A DNA stretch of 64,000 nucleotides from an uncultured Chloroflexia bacterium (GCA_963842755.1 CAWJIC010000084.1:27931-91930); one strand, 5' to 3'; positions 17,791 to 27,792 are shown, numbered from the stretch's first letter. Made by a program: numbers and translations. The notes: a model not told the origin generated them from the letters alone.

Positions 17791-17985
17791 GGACGGGGGC
17801 CGGGTCCGGGCGGTGCGGGGGCCGGGGCCGGGGCGGGCGGCGGGGCGGGGTCCGGGCGGGGTCCGGGCGAGGTGGGCCGGGCGGAGGCAGGGCGGGGGCG
17901 GGGGGTGGGCGGTGCGGGGCGGTGCGGGGCGGGGCGGAGGCGGTGCGGGGCGAGGCTGGGGCCGCCGCCGCTGGATCGAGCGTTT
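17791..17985 (+). repeat. G-run low-complexity tract (more than 20 runs of GGG or longer on the + strand)
   Basis: The sequence is GGGGCGG/GGTGCGGGGCG-type degenerate repeats. No credible coding frame is present (only Gly/Arg shadow ORFs). Confidence 0.75.
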
Positions 17986-18076
17986 ACGTCTGATGGCTCC
18001 CGGTTAACCGGAAGAGGCTTGACGTCACCCGGCCGGGGCTGTCAAATGCACCACGACGAGGCTGCGCGCAACATGC

Positions 18077-19360
18077 GTGCTGGTGTCCCGTCGTCTGCCT
18101 CGCCGATCCTTCGCGATGCCACCAGGAGGAGGTGCCGCATCGCAGGCGCGTCGCGCGTTGGAGATGTTCACTTCGCACCTGCCCGCAGAAGTTGGAGAAA
18201 CCGCATTGCGCACGAATCGTTCGCTGCTCCGCCTGGCGAGCCTGGGGGCCACCGCCGTCCTCATCGTCGCCGCCTGCTCCACAGGGGCCGCCACCCTGGC
18301 CCCGGCCTCGCAGGCCCCGGCCTCGCAGGCCCCGGCCAGCCCCAACCCGATGGACGCGCTTGTCGCGGCCGCCAAGGCCGAGGGCACGCTCACGACGATC
18401 GCCCTGCCCCACGACTGGTGCAACTACGGCGGGACGATCGACGCCTTCAAGGCCAAGTACGGCCTCGCGGTCAACGAGCTCACCCCGGACGCCGGTTCGG
18501 GTGACGAGATCGAAGCGATCAAGGCCAACAAGGACAACAAGGGCCCGCAGGCGCCGGACGTCATCGACGTCGGCCTATCGTTCGGCCCCTCGGCGAAGAC
18601 CGACGGCCTGATCGCGCCCTACAAGGTCGCGACCTGGGACAGCATCCCGGCCGACGCTAAAGGACGCCGACGGCTACTGGTACGGCGACTACTACGGCGT
18701 CCTCGCGTTCGAGGTGAACACCGCCGTCGTCAAGAACGTCCCGCAGGACTGGTCCGACCTGCTCAAGCCCGAGTACAAGGGCCAGATCGCCCTCGCCGGC
18801 GACCCGCGCGTGTCCAACCAGGCGATCCAGACCGTCTATGCGGCGGCGCTGGCCAACGGCGGCTCGCTCGACAACGCGCAGCCCGGCCTCGACTTCTTCA
18901 AGAAGCTCGTCGACGCCGGCAACTTCGTGCCGACGATCGCCAAGCCCGGCACGATCGACCAGGGCGCCACCCCGATCACGATCCGCTGGACCTACAACGC
19001 CCTGTCCCACCGCGATGCGGCGGCGGGCAACCCCAAGATCGAGGTCGTCGTCCCGAAGTCCGGCCGGTTCGCCGGCGTCTACGTCCAGGCCATCAGCGCC
19101 TACGCTCCGCATCCCGAATGCGGCCAAGCTCTGGATGGAGTTCCTGTACTCGCGACGAGGGCCAGAACATCTGGCTGAAGGGCTACTGCCACCCGATCCG
19201 CTACGAGGATCTGAAGGCCAAGGGCGCGATCTCGGCCGACGTGCTGGCGAAGCTGCCGGACGTCACGGGCGCCGTCTTCCCGACGCTCGCTCAGCTCGAC
19301 GCGGCGAAGAAGCTGATCACCGAGAGCTGGGACGCCGCCGTCGGGGCTGACGTCAAGTAG
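18077..19360 (+). pseudogene. ABC transporter periplasmic substrate-binding lipoprotein (family 1; Fe3+/polyamine-like), three +1 frameshifts
   Basis: Lipobox LIVAACS is present. The path runs frame 2 to 0 (AAA 18659-18661), 0 to 1 (CCC 19113-19115) and 1 to 2 (about 19152). This joins ...SIPADAK / DADGYWYGDYYGVLAFEVNT... / NAAKLWMEFLYS / DEGQNIWLKGY.... The true start is uncertain (18077-18164). Confidence 0.8.
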
Positions 19361-19392
19361 CCCAGTCGACACAGATCCGGGAGCGCGGCGTC

Positions 19393-20303
19393 GTGACGAA
19401 CGTCGCTACCCCCGACAGCGTGCGGGGCGCGCCACTCGGCGCGTCCCGCACGTCGCATTCGGCTGGGCCTGGCTCGGCGTCGTGCCCTTCTTCGTGTTCG
19501 CGATCGCGTTCATGTTCCTGCCGATCGGTTTCCTCGTCATCGGCAGCTTCCAGGACAACGAAGCGAACCTGACCCTCCAGAACTACGCCGATCTGTCGGC
19601 TCCGATCATCGTCGGGGCCTTCCGCAACAGCATCGAGATCAGCCTCGTCACCGCGATCGGCGGCGGGATCTTCGGGTTCCTGCTGGCCTACGCGGTCATC
19701 CTCGGCGGGCTGCCGCCGTTCCTGCGGACGGCCCTGATGACGTTCTCCGGGGTCGCCTCGAACTTCGCCGGCATCCCGCTCGCCCTGGCGTTCATCTTCA
19801 CCATCGGGCAGCTCGGGCTCGTGACCGTCGTGCTGCAAGAACGTCTTCGGCATCGACCTCGTACGCGGCCGGCTTCAGCATCTACACGAAGATCGGCCTG
19901 GAGCTCGTGTACATGTACTTCCAGTTCCCGCTCATGGTCCTGATCATCGCTCCGGCCATCGACGGCCTGAGGCGCGACTGGCGCGAGGCCGCCGGAGAAC
20001 ATGGGCGCGAGCTCGCGCCAGTACTGGCGCTACGTCGCCCTGCCGATCCTGCTGCCCTCGATCCTGGGCACGATGATCCTGCTGTTCGGCAACGCGTTCG
20101 GCGCCCAGGCGACCGCCTACCAGCTGACCGGCGGGACGATCAGCATCGTCACCGCTGCGTCATCGGCGCCCAGATCAGCGGCGACGTCCTCCACAACCCG
20201 GGCCTGGGCTACGCGATGGCCATGGGCATGGTCGTGATCATGGGCGTCTCGATCGCTGGTCTACTCGCTGCTCCAGCGGCGCTCGGAGCGGTGGCTGCGA
20301 TGA
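19393..20303 (+). pseudogene. ABC transporter permease 1 (PotB/CysT-like), about 6 frameshifts
   Basis: Conserved pieces WAWLGVVPFFVFAIAFMFLPIG, NVFGIDLY, AAGFSIYTKIGLELVYMYFQFPLMV, NMGASSRQYWRYVALPILLPS, GAQISGDVLHNPGLGYAMAMG and VYSLLQRRSERWLR* are spread over all three frames. Confidence 0.75.
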
Positions 20304-21142
20304 AGCGGCCGCGGATCGCTCGCTGTCGTGGATGCGTCGTTCAGCCTCGGCGATCCTGTACTTCGTCCTGCCGCTCATCGCGACGTGTCGATCGTTCTCG
20401 CTCGGCCATCCGACGGCGTCCGGCCACTGCGGCGCCGTCCCTGCGCTATCACGACGTACGTCCTGTTCGGACCCGAAGTCCGAAGTTCGCCTCGGCAGCC
20501 TCGCTGTACTCGTTCGTGGTCGGCGTCATCACGATCGTGGTCAGCATCGCTGATCATCGTGCCGACCGCGTACTGGGTCCGGCTCGAGCTGCCGAGGCTG
20601 CGGCCGATCGTCGAGTTCGTGACGCTGCATGCCGTTCGTCATCCCGCCGGTCATCCTCGTGTTCGGCCTCATCCGGATCTACAGCGGCCAGCCGCTCGCC
20701 GCTCACGAACACGGAGATCGGGCAGCGACGCCTGCTCCTGGTCGGCGCGTACGTCGTGCTGTCGTTCCCGTACATGTACCGGGCCGTCGACACCGGCCTG
20801 CGGGCGATCGACGTCCGGAGCCTGACCGAGGCGGCCCAGAGCCTGGGCGCGGGCTGGGTCACGATCCTGTGGCGGGTCATCCTGCCCAACCTGCGGGTGG
20901 CGCTGCTGAGCGGCGCGTTCCTGACCCTGGCCATCGTCATCGGCGAGTACACGATCGCGAGTTCCTGGCCCGGCCGGCGTTCGGCCCGTACCTCTCGCTG
21001 CCTCGGCCAGAACAGGGCCTACGAGCCGGCCGCCGTGTCGCTGATCAGCTTCGGGCTGACCTGGATCGCGATGGGCGTGATCGCGCTGCATCGGCCGCGG
21101 CACGCCGCGACGCGCGTCCAGATCGGCGGCGCCCACTGGTAG
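20300..21142 (+). pseudogene. ABC transporter permease 2 (PotC-like), at least 7 frameshifts
   Basis: Pieces RRSASAILYFVLPLIAT, SLYSFVVGVITIVVSI, LIIVPTAYWVRLELPRLRPIVEFVTL, MPFVIPPVILVFGLIRIY, LSFPYMYRAVDTGLRAIDVRSLTEAAQSLGAGWVTILWRVILPNL and FLARPAFGPYLSL lie in alternating frames. The ATG overlaps the upstream stop. Confidence 0.75.
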
Positions 21143-21157
21143 GACCTGAGGCGACCG

Positions 21158-22276
21158 ATGACCTTCCTCGAGCTGACCGGCGTCCAGAAGCAGTTCGGCG
21201 AGCTTCACGCGGTCGAGGACTTCAACCTGCCGGCCGAGCGCGGCGAGTTCGTCTCGTTCCTCGGGCCGATCGGCTGCGGCAAGACGACGACGCTGCGGAT
21301 GATCGCCGGCTTCGAGCAGCCGACGGCCGGCACGATCACGATCGACGGCGCCGACATCACCCACCGGCCGCCCGAACCAGCGCAACGTCGGCATGGTCTT
21401 CCAGTCCTACGCGCTGTTCCCGAACATGACCGTCGGCCGACAACATCGGCTTCGGCCTGAAGGTGCGCAAGCGGCCCGACGGCCGAGATCCGCAAGCGGG
21501 TCGACGAGCTGCTCGAGCTGATCCACCTGCCCGAGAAGGGGCGACCGCTACCCGTACCAGCTGTCGGGCGGCCAGCAGCAGCGCGTCGCCCTCGCCCGGG
21601 CGCTGGCGATCGAGCCGCAGGTCCTGCTGCTCGACGAGCCGCTGTCCGCGCTCGACGCCAAGATCCGGATCGCCCTGCGCCAGGAGATCCGGGCGATCCA
21701 GCGCCAGCTCGGGATCACCACCGTCTACGTCACCCACGACCAGGAGGAGGCGCTCTCGCTGTCCGACCGGGTCGTGGTCATGAGCGAGGGCCGGATCGAG
21801 CAGATCGGCACGCCGTTCGAGATCTACAACTTCCCGGCGACCGCGTTCGTGGCCTCGTTCGTCGGGACGCTCAACGTCCTGCGGCGCGACGGTGGTCGAC
21901 GCGGCGGCCGGGCAGGTCTCAGGTGGACGGCCAGGCGATCCGGGCGGCCACGGCCGATCGACGGCGCGCGGGCCGGCGACGTGGTCACGGTCGCGCTGCG
22001 CCCGGAGATCGTCACGCTGGGCGATGGACCGGACGGCTCGAACCGCCTGCGCGGGACGATCGACGACGTCACCTTCCTGGGCTCGATCGTCCGGATCCGG
22101 ATCCGCCTCGGCGAGGCGGCGGTCGGCGACGGTCCTGCTCGACACGTTCAACGATCCGCACCTCGCGGCTGCCGCAGCCCGGAGAGTCCGTGACGCTGTC
22201 CTTCCCGCCGGAGGCCTGCCTCGTCCTCGACAAGGCTCCCGGCGCGGTCGAGCCGCCCGAGCCGACGGAGGAGTGA
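21158..22276 (+). pseudogene. ABC transporter ATPase (PotA/FbpC-like with C-terminal TOBE-like domain), about 9 frameshifts, all +1
   Basis: Walker A GPIGCGKTT, then [76 protein letters not shown] and [10 protein letters not shown] step cyclically through frames 2,0,1,2,0,1,2,0,1,2. Confidence 0.8.
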
Positions 22277-23022
22277 GGCCGGCCCCGGGGGATCCCGGCA
22301 GGGGCGCCGTCCGGCTCGACAACCTCGAGCTGGTCATCTTCGACAAGGACGGCACGCTCATCGACTTCCACGCGATGTGGAGCGGCTGGGCGGACGACCT
22401 TGCCCGCCGCCTGGAGTCGGTCACCGGCGAGCCGATCCGGGAACCCCTCTTCCGGGCGCTGGGGTTCGATGCCGCCTCCGGGCGGACCCTCGCCCACGCG
22501 CCGCTCGCCGTGATGCCGATGGCCCGGCTGCGCGACCTGGCGGTCGAGGTGCTGCGTGCCGCCGGCCGCTCGGGGGCCGAGGCCGACGACGCCGTCGGGC
22601 GGTCCTGGCAGGCGCCCGATCCGGTCGCGCTGGCCCATCCCCTGGCGGACCTGCGGGCGCTCTTCGCGACGTTGCGCGAGGGCGGCCGGCGGATCGCCGT
22701 GGCGACCACCGACGATCGCGCGCCGACCGAGGCGACGCTCGCCGCGCTGGGCGTCGCCGAGCTGGTCGACGCCGTGGTCTGCGCCGACGACGGGCTGCCG
22801 GTCAAGCCGGCGCCGGACATGGTCCTCCACGTGTGCCGCACGCTCGGCGTCCCACCCTCCCGGGCCGCGATGATCGGCGACGCGCCGGCCGACCTGATCA
22901 TGGGCCGTGCCGCCGGCGTGGGCCTCCGCGTCGGCGTGCTGTCGGGCGTCGGCGGCCGTCGGGACCTGGAGCCGCTGGCGGACGCGATCCTGCCCTCGGT
23001 CGCGAGTCTGCTCGACCGCTGA
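22273..23022 (+). CDS. HAD-superfamily hydrolase
   Basis: Motif I is VIFDKDGTLIDF. VATTDDR, KPAPDM and GDAPADL are also present. The GTG overlaps the ATPase stop (GTGA). Confidence 0.85.
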   Translation: MRPAPGDPGRGAVRLDNLELVIFDKDGTLIDFHAMWSGWADDLARRLESVTGEPIREPLFRALGFDAASGRTLAHAPLAVMPMARLRDLAVEVLRAAGRSGAEADDAVGRSWQAPDPVALAHPLADLRALFATLREGGRRIAVATTDDRAPTEATLAALGVAELVDAVVCADDGLPVKPAPDMVLHVCRTLGVPPSRAAMIGDAPADLIMGRAAGVGLRVGVLSGVGGRRDLEPLADAILPSVASLLDR

Positions 23023-23030
23023 CCCGGCGC

Positions 23031-23180
23031 CCTCCCCCGCCCGCTGATCACCACCACTCATCGAATCGCGCACAGCCAAGCGTGACCGGTCGGCCGAATC
23101 GGCGTTCCTGGCCACCCAGTCGCGCTCATTCATCCCGGAACCGATGAGTGGTACTCATCGGGCGAGGTGGAGAGGGGCCC
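23031..23180 (+). repeat. A-type hairpin element, copy A2
   Basis: Same architecture as 17641-17790. It lies in the convergent gap between the HAD and deacetylase genes. Confidence 0.8.
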
Positions 23181-23197
23181 CGGGCGGAAGAGACCCG

Positions 23198-23270
23198 GGC
23201 TCAGCCGGCGGGGTTCGCGGCAGGGCCGTGGGGCGGAGGAGGCCGCGGCTCAGCCGGCGGGGTTCGCGGC
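23198..23270. repeat. Direct duplication of the deacetylase 3' end
   Basis: GGCTCAGCCGGCGGGGTTCGCGGC occurs at 23198-23221 and at 23247-23270. The second copy holds the last codons and the stop of the 23250..24083 gene. Confidence 0.75.
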
Positions 23271-24083
23271 GGACCAGCGCTCGACGACGGTGTCGAGACG
23301 CTCGAAGACCACGCCGTCGAGCGACTTCGCCGTCGCGATGAAGCGCTCGAGCATGAGGATCCGGTGCCCGCGGCCGATCGCCTCGGGGTGCATGGTGATG
23401 GTCAGGACGCCGCCGGGCTCGCGCTCCCAGGCATGGCGCAGCTCGCCGGTCCAGATCTCCTCGACCTTCGAGGGGGCGCTCATGGGGCCGACCCCCTTGG
23501 CCCCCGGCTCGAAGTGCGGCCAGTCGTCGAGCGCCCAGCCGATCGGCACCTCCACGAGCGGGCCGGCCGTGCCGAAACGCGACGCGACCCGGTCGTGGAC
23601 GTCGCCGCGCCGAACCCGGTAGAGCCGGACGTCGTCCGCCATCAGGCTCGAGTCATAGGTGAAGCCGAGCTCGACCGCGAGATCGAGCGTCTGGTCGGAG
23701 AGCGACCAGTACGGCGCCCGGAACCCGCGCGGCCGAACCCCGGAGACCCGCGCCACCGCCTCCACGCTCCGCTCCATGACATCGCGCTCGACAGCCGGGT
23801 AGAGCGTCGCGAGATCCTCGTGGGTCCAGCCGTGGCAGCCGATCTCGTGGCCCGCGGCGACGACCGACGCGACGCTGTCGGGGAAGGTCGCGATCGTGTG
23901 GCCGGGCACGAACCAGGTGCTCGGAATCGCCTCCCGCTCGAGAAGCGCCAGGACCCGCGGCGCCCCCACCCGTGGACCGAACTCGCCGCGGGACACGGCC
24001 GCCGGACCGTCTCCGCGGTCCACCTCGGACGCGATCGCGTCGTGGTCGAAGGTGAGCGCGACCGTCAGGCGAGGCTCGACCAT
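23250..24083 (-). CDS. Polysaccharide deacetylase family protein (NodB homology/PuuE-like)
   Basis: Intact 277 aa ORF with LTFDHD, FVPGHT, GHEIGCHGWTHE and RGFRAPYW. Confidence 0.88.
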   Translation of the reverse strand: MVEPRLTVALTFDHDAIASEVDRGDGPAAVSRGEFGPRVGAPRVLALLEREAIPSTWFVPGHTIATFPDSVASVVAAGHEIGCHGWTHEDLATLYPAVERDVMERSVEAVARVSGVRPRGFRAPYWSLSDQTLDLAVELGFTYDSSLMADDVRLYRVRRGDVHDRVASRFGTAGPLVEVPIGWALDDWPHFEPGAKGVGPMSAPSKVEEIWTGELRHAWEREPGGVLTITMHPEAIGRGHRILMLERFIATAKSLDGVVFERLDTVVERWSAANPAG

Positions 24084-24114
24084 CTGGCGACTCCTTCCGA
24101 AGCGGTCCGCGACC

Positions 24115-24822
24115 CTAGCGCCGGTTGCCGAAGAGCCGGAGCATGAACAGGAACAGGTTGATGAAGTCGAGGTAGAGGTGGAGCGCGCCGATGACCGCGC
24201 CCTTCTCCATCGAGCCGGTCGCGACGGCGAGCTGGCCGGTCGAGATCTTCTGGACGTCCCAGGCGGTCAGGCCGACGAAGATCGCGACGCCCAGGATCGA
24301 GATCGCGAAGTTCAGCCCGAGGCTCTGGAAGACGAGCATGTTCAGGATCGAGGCGGCGATGATCCCGATGAGGCCCATCGTCAGGTAGCCGCCGATCGAG
24401 GCCAGGTTCCGCTTCGTGACCGACCCGTAGAGGGCCGCCCCGCCGAACATCGCCGCGGCGCTGAAGAACGCGACGTAGATCGAGCCGAGCCGGTAGGCGA
24501 GGAAGACGAACGACAGGGTCACGCCCATCGCCACGGCGTAGACGAGGAACAGGCCGAGCGCCGTCGTGGCGCTCATCCGGTTGATCCCTGCCGAGATGGC
24601 AATCACGAGGATGAACTGGCCGATGATCACCGGCAGGAACAGGCCCTGCGCCATTCCGCTGAGCGCCGCGCTCTGTGACACGAACCAGGCGACGACGGCA
24701 GTCAGCGAGAGGCCGACGAACATCCAGCTGAAGGCCTGGCTGAGAAAGCCCGCCGACAGCTTCGCGACCGGCCGGACGCCGAGCTGCGCGGGGTTCACGT
24801 ACGGGTCCTGGTTCTGGAACAT
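24115..24822 (-). CDS. BAX inhibitor-1/YccA family membrane protein
   Basis: Seven-TM profile with the C-terminus GALHLYLDFINLFLFMLRLFG. Confidence 0.88.
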   Translation of the reverse strand: MFQNQDPYVNPAQLGVRPVAKLSAGFLSQAFSWMFVGLSLTAVVAWFVSQSAALSGMAQGLFLPVIIGQFILVIAISAGINRMSATTALGLFLVYAVAMGVTLSFVFLAYRLGSIYVAFFSAAAMFGGAALYGSVTKRNLASIGGYLTMGLIGIIAASILNMLVFQSLGLNFAISILGVAIFVGLTAWDVQKISTGQLAVATGSMEKGAVIGALHLYLDFINLFLFMLRLFGNRR

Positions 24823-24889
24823 CGGGTCAACGCTCCTGCTCTGTGTCGGGGCCGGGTCTGGGGATGGGGTCGGTCAGGTCGGGGGTGGG

Positions 24890-25567
24890 TCAGGTCGGGG
24901 GTCCGGCGGAACCACCGGCGGCTGGTCGGGTCCGGCGACGTCCGCCGGCTCGCGACGGGGTGCTCGTCCGCGCTTCCGCCTGCTCGGCCGCCCGGGCGAG
25001 GACCCAGGCCAGGTCGGCGAGACGGTTCAGATACGGTAGCAGGTGGGGTCCCGGGAGCAACCCCTCGCGGCCGAGCGCGACGGCCCGCCGCTCGGCCCGG
25101 CGGAGGATCGTCCGCGCCAGCTCGAGGGCGGCGCTCGTCTTCGTCTCGCCGGGGACGACGAATTCGCGTGGCATCTCGATCCGCCGCTCGAGGTCCGTGA
25201 GGAGCGTCGTGAGCCCCTCGACCATCGCCTCGGAGACCCTTGTCCGGCCGTCCTCCAGGCGATCCCAGGCCTCCGGGGTCGTGGCCAGCTCGGCGCCGAC
25301 GACGAACAACTCGCGCTGGATCCGGAGGATGACCTCGCCGAGCGAGGCGAGGGCGGGATTGAGGACACCGTACTGGCCCTTCAGCCCGAGCTCCGCCCGG
25401 GCGAGTCCGAGCGCCGCGACGGCCTCGTCCACCGTGCCGTAGGCCTCCGTCCGGGGGTCGTCCTTGCCGATCCGCGGGCCACCGTAGAGCAGGCCGGTCG
25501 TGCCGTCGTCGCCCCTGCCGGTCGCGACCAGGGAGTCGATCGGGGCGGAGCGGTCGTCGTCCGTCAT
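24890..25567 (-). CDS. PduO-type ATP:cob(I)alamin adenosyltransferase
   Basis: TGRGDDGTTGL, AYGTVDE, IQRELF and ARTILRRAER are present. Confidence 0.88.
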   Translation of the reverse strand: MTDDDRSAPIDSLVATGRGDDGTTGLLYGGPRIGKDDPRTEAYGTVDEAVAALGLARAELGLKGQYGVLNPALASLGEVILRIQRELFVVGAELATTPEAWDRLEDGRTRVSEAMVEGLTTLLTDLERRIEMPREFVVPGETKTSAALELARTILRRAERRAVALGREGLLPGPHLLPYLNRLADLAWVLARAAEQAEARTSTPSRAGGRRRTRPAAGGSAGPPT

Positions 25568-25583
25568 TGCGGGAGGGCGCGGC

Positions 25584-25976
25584 TCACCACATCAGGCCCG
25601 CATCGCGCGGATCCCAGCGCTCGGCCAGGAGGGTGACCTTCACGTCGTGCTCGACGACCGACTCGGCCGCCTCCTTGACCTGCTGGATCATCGACCCGGC
25701 GTACGGGCAGAAGGGCGTGGTCAGGATCATCTTCACCTCGGTCGCGTCGGGCCCGAGGACGATCTGCTTGATCAGCGCGAGCTCGACGACGTTCATCCCG
25801 ATCTCCGGGTCCACGACCGAACGGAGGGCGTCGAGGATCGCCAGCTCCGTCGCCCGGCGCTCGGCGTCGAAGGGCGGCGCGGGCGGCACCTCGGCGGCGG
25901 AGGGAGGGGAGACGGGGGCCGCGGACATGCCGCTCACGGTGGCGCTCGTCATGGTCGCGTCGTCGCTCATGGCCAA
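25584..25976 (-). CDS. DUF59/SufT-like Fe-S assembly protein
   Basis: ILDALRSVVDPEIGMNVVELALI and TTPFCPYAG are present. Confidence 0.85.
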   Translation of the reverse strand: MAMSDDATMTSATVSGMSAAPVSPPSAAEVPPAPPFDAERRATELAILDALRSVVDPEIGMNVVELALIKQIVLGPDATEVKMILTTPFCPYAGSMIQQVKEAAESVVEHDVKVTLLAERWDPRDAGLMW

Positions 25977-26028
25977 ATCCTACCATCGAGGTCGGGAATG
26001 GCGGAATCGCCACTCGGTCCGCCGCCTG

Positions 26029-26358
26029 TCAGGCGGGAGCGACGGCTCCCTTGACCACAACACCCGGGATCCGCAGGTGATCCGGCAGCGCGGCCGCTTC
26101 GTCGAGTGAGAAGCCCGGGCCGGCCAGCGACCCGTCCGCCTCGAAGAACTCGGCGTACCGCGCGCGATCCTCCGCGGCGTAGGCCCAGGCAGTCGCCACG
26201 CCGATTGCCTTCAGCTCGGGGTGGTCGGTCAGGATCCGGGTCAGGCCATAGCCGCTCCGGCGCTCCTCGAGGAGCTGGCGGACGGTCATCCGGCTGCCGT
26301 AGCAGAACGGCTCGCCGTTCATCACGAGCGGGTCCGACTTCACCCACTTGATCGTCAT
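26029..26358 (-). CDS. DUF433 domain protein
   Basis: The N-terminus is MTIKWVKSDPLVMNGEPFCYGSRMTVRQLLEERRSGYGLTRILTDHPEL. ATG at 26358 lies inside ORF 26029..26694. Confidence 0.7.
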   Translation of the reverse strand: MTIKWVKSDPLVMNGEPFCYGSRMTVRQLLEERRSGYGLTRILTDHPELKAIGVATAWAYAAEDRARYAEFFEADGSLAGPGFSLDEAAALPDHLRIPGVVVKGAVAPA

Positions 26359-26362
26359 CGGA

Positions 26363-26809
26363 TCAGGCGCCCTTGTAGATGAACTGCAGGATCCGGTTCC
26401 GCTTCCGCGCGTCGCCCGCGATCCGGCGATGCCAGGCGAAGACCCGGACGGCCTCGTCGATCGCGGCGTCGAGGGGAGCGCGCTCCCCGGGAGCGAGGAC
26501 CGCCTCGCTCGCCGTGCGCAGCCCCTCGGCGATCGCCACGACGTCGTCCATCGGGACGCGCCGGCGCCGGTAGAGGACCACGACCTGCTCGGCCCACTCG
26601 CGGGCGAACTTCGGGTCGCCGCTCGACAAGGAGCGAGCGAGCCGGTCGATGAGGGTCTCGGTGTCGCGCAGGAGGTGGCGGAGCCCGTCCTCACCCTGGC
26701 GCTCGCGGAGGGTCGGATCGGCTGCGAGCGCGGTCACGAGCGCCTTCGCCCCCAGCCGCTGGGTCGCGGCGACGAGGCGATCGGCGGCGGCCGGGGAGCC
26801 GGCGGTCAT
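26363..26809 (-). CDS. Hypothetical all-helical protein
   Basis: 149 aa from MTAGSPAAADRL to ...ILQFIYKGA. Composition is coding-like. I do not recognise the family. Confidence 0.55.
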   Translation of the reverse strand: MTAGSPAAADRLVAATQRLGAKALVTALAADPTLRERQGEDGLRHLLRDTETLIDRLARSLSSGDPKFAREWAEQVVVLYRRRRVPMDDVVAIAEGLRTASEAVLAPGERAPLDAAIDEAVRVFAWHRRIAGDARKRNRILQFIYKGA

Positions 26810-27237
26810 GTCGGTGGGCGGCAGGCCCAGCGCGGGATGGCTCACGATCGGAGAGTCTAGCGCAGTCGTCGCGCGCCCAGCGGCACGGCCGGCACCGCGG
26901 CTCCCAGTCCCCTGGCTTCCGGGCCGTGCGAGTCGGGCAGCAGTTCCCCCCGGCAAATTCCTGCGCTGGCGTAGTTCACTCGTGAAGTACTCGTGCGAAG
27001 GACATCGCGGGGGGACACGCGGGGGACACAGGGGGGCCGGCCTCGACGGCTTCGCGGCTCACTCTCTCCGGACCTGGGATATGCATCCGCAGCATGAGAT
27101 CGCGGTCGGCCGTGCTCCGCCACGGCTCAGAACTGACGGAACGGCACGGTGGCTACGCTTGTTCGGTCGTCGATCCATGCGTGGGCCGCATAACCGGCCC
27201 CTGGATCCCGGAGCCGAGCCGACGCTACGATGGGTCG

Positions 27238-27792
27238 ATGACCGACCCGATCGACCAGGCGACCGACGAGGCGACCGACCAGGCGGAGGCTCCGGCCGCC
27301 GCGCCCATCCCCGGCGAGCCGGCCGCGCCCCCAGGACGACGGACCCTCGACCGCGCACCGGGCGAGCGGCTCACCGGCGGGCGAGGTGCCGCCCTCGACG
27401 CGTTCGAGGCCGCCGGCGGCGGCACGCCGGGACGCGCCGTGGCGATGGGCGGCGTCGGTGCCGTCGTGGGGGTCGTCGCCTTCCTCGCGCTGGCCATCCC
27501 GTTCGCGTTCACGGCCGGGCTCGTCGTCGTCGCGATCTTCATGGCCCGCGTCGTCGGGCTGCTCGTGCGCGCAGGGGCGGCCGGAAGCCTGTCCTCGCCG
27601 GCCCGGGTGGTGGCCGCGGTCGTCATCGTCCTGGGCGGCCTCGCGGTCGCCAACGTCGCGCTGTGGCTCTGGGCGCTCGCCGAGGGCGGCGTCCTGCCGC
27701 TGCCGCAGTACCTCGACGAGGCGTACGGGACGCCGCTCATCGCCCTCCAGTTCATGCTCGGGACGCTGACCGCGTGGTGGAGCGCCCGGTGA
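27238..27792 (+). CDS. Hypothetical membrane protein
   Basis: Acidic N-terminus followed by 3-4 hydrophobic helices. The stop overlaps the next start. Confidence 0.6.
   Translation: MTDPIDQATDEATDQAEAPAAAPIPGEPAAPPGRRTLDRAPGERLTGGRGAALDAFEAAGGGTPGRAVAMGGVGAVVGVVAFLALAIPFAFTAGLVVVAIFMARVVGLLVRAGAAGSLSSPARVVAAVVIVLGGLAVANVALWLWALAEGGVLPLPQYLDEAYGTPLIALQFMLGTLTAWWSAR

Noticed and set aside
17641-23180. A-type elements as riboswitches/leader RNAs for the downstream ABC operon or the cyclase
   Set aside because: Copy A2 and the B-like copy at 34992-35100 lie between convergent gene ends. Other copies lie in unrelated operon spacers. There is no consistent downstream gene class, so a cis-regulatory riboswitch role is unlikely.
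26029-26809. DUF433 gene plus upstream helical protein as a toxin-antitoxin pair
   Set aside because: DUF433 usually pairs with a PIN-like DUF5615 toxin. The adjacent 149-aa protein shows no PIN/nuclease motifs (no conserved acidic quartet). The DUF433 protein here is longer than typical antitoxins. The evidence is insufficient.
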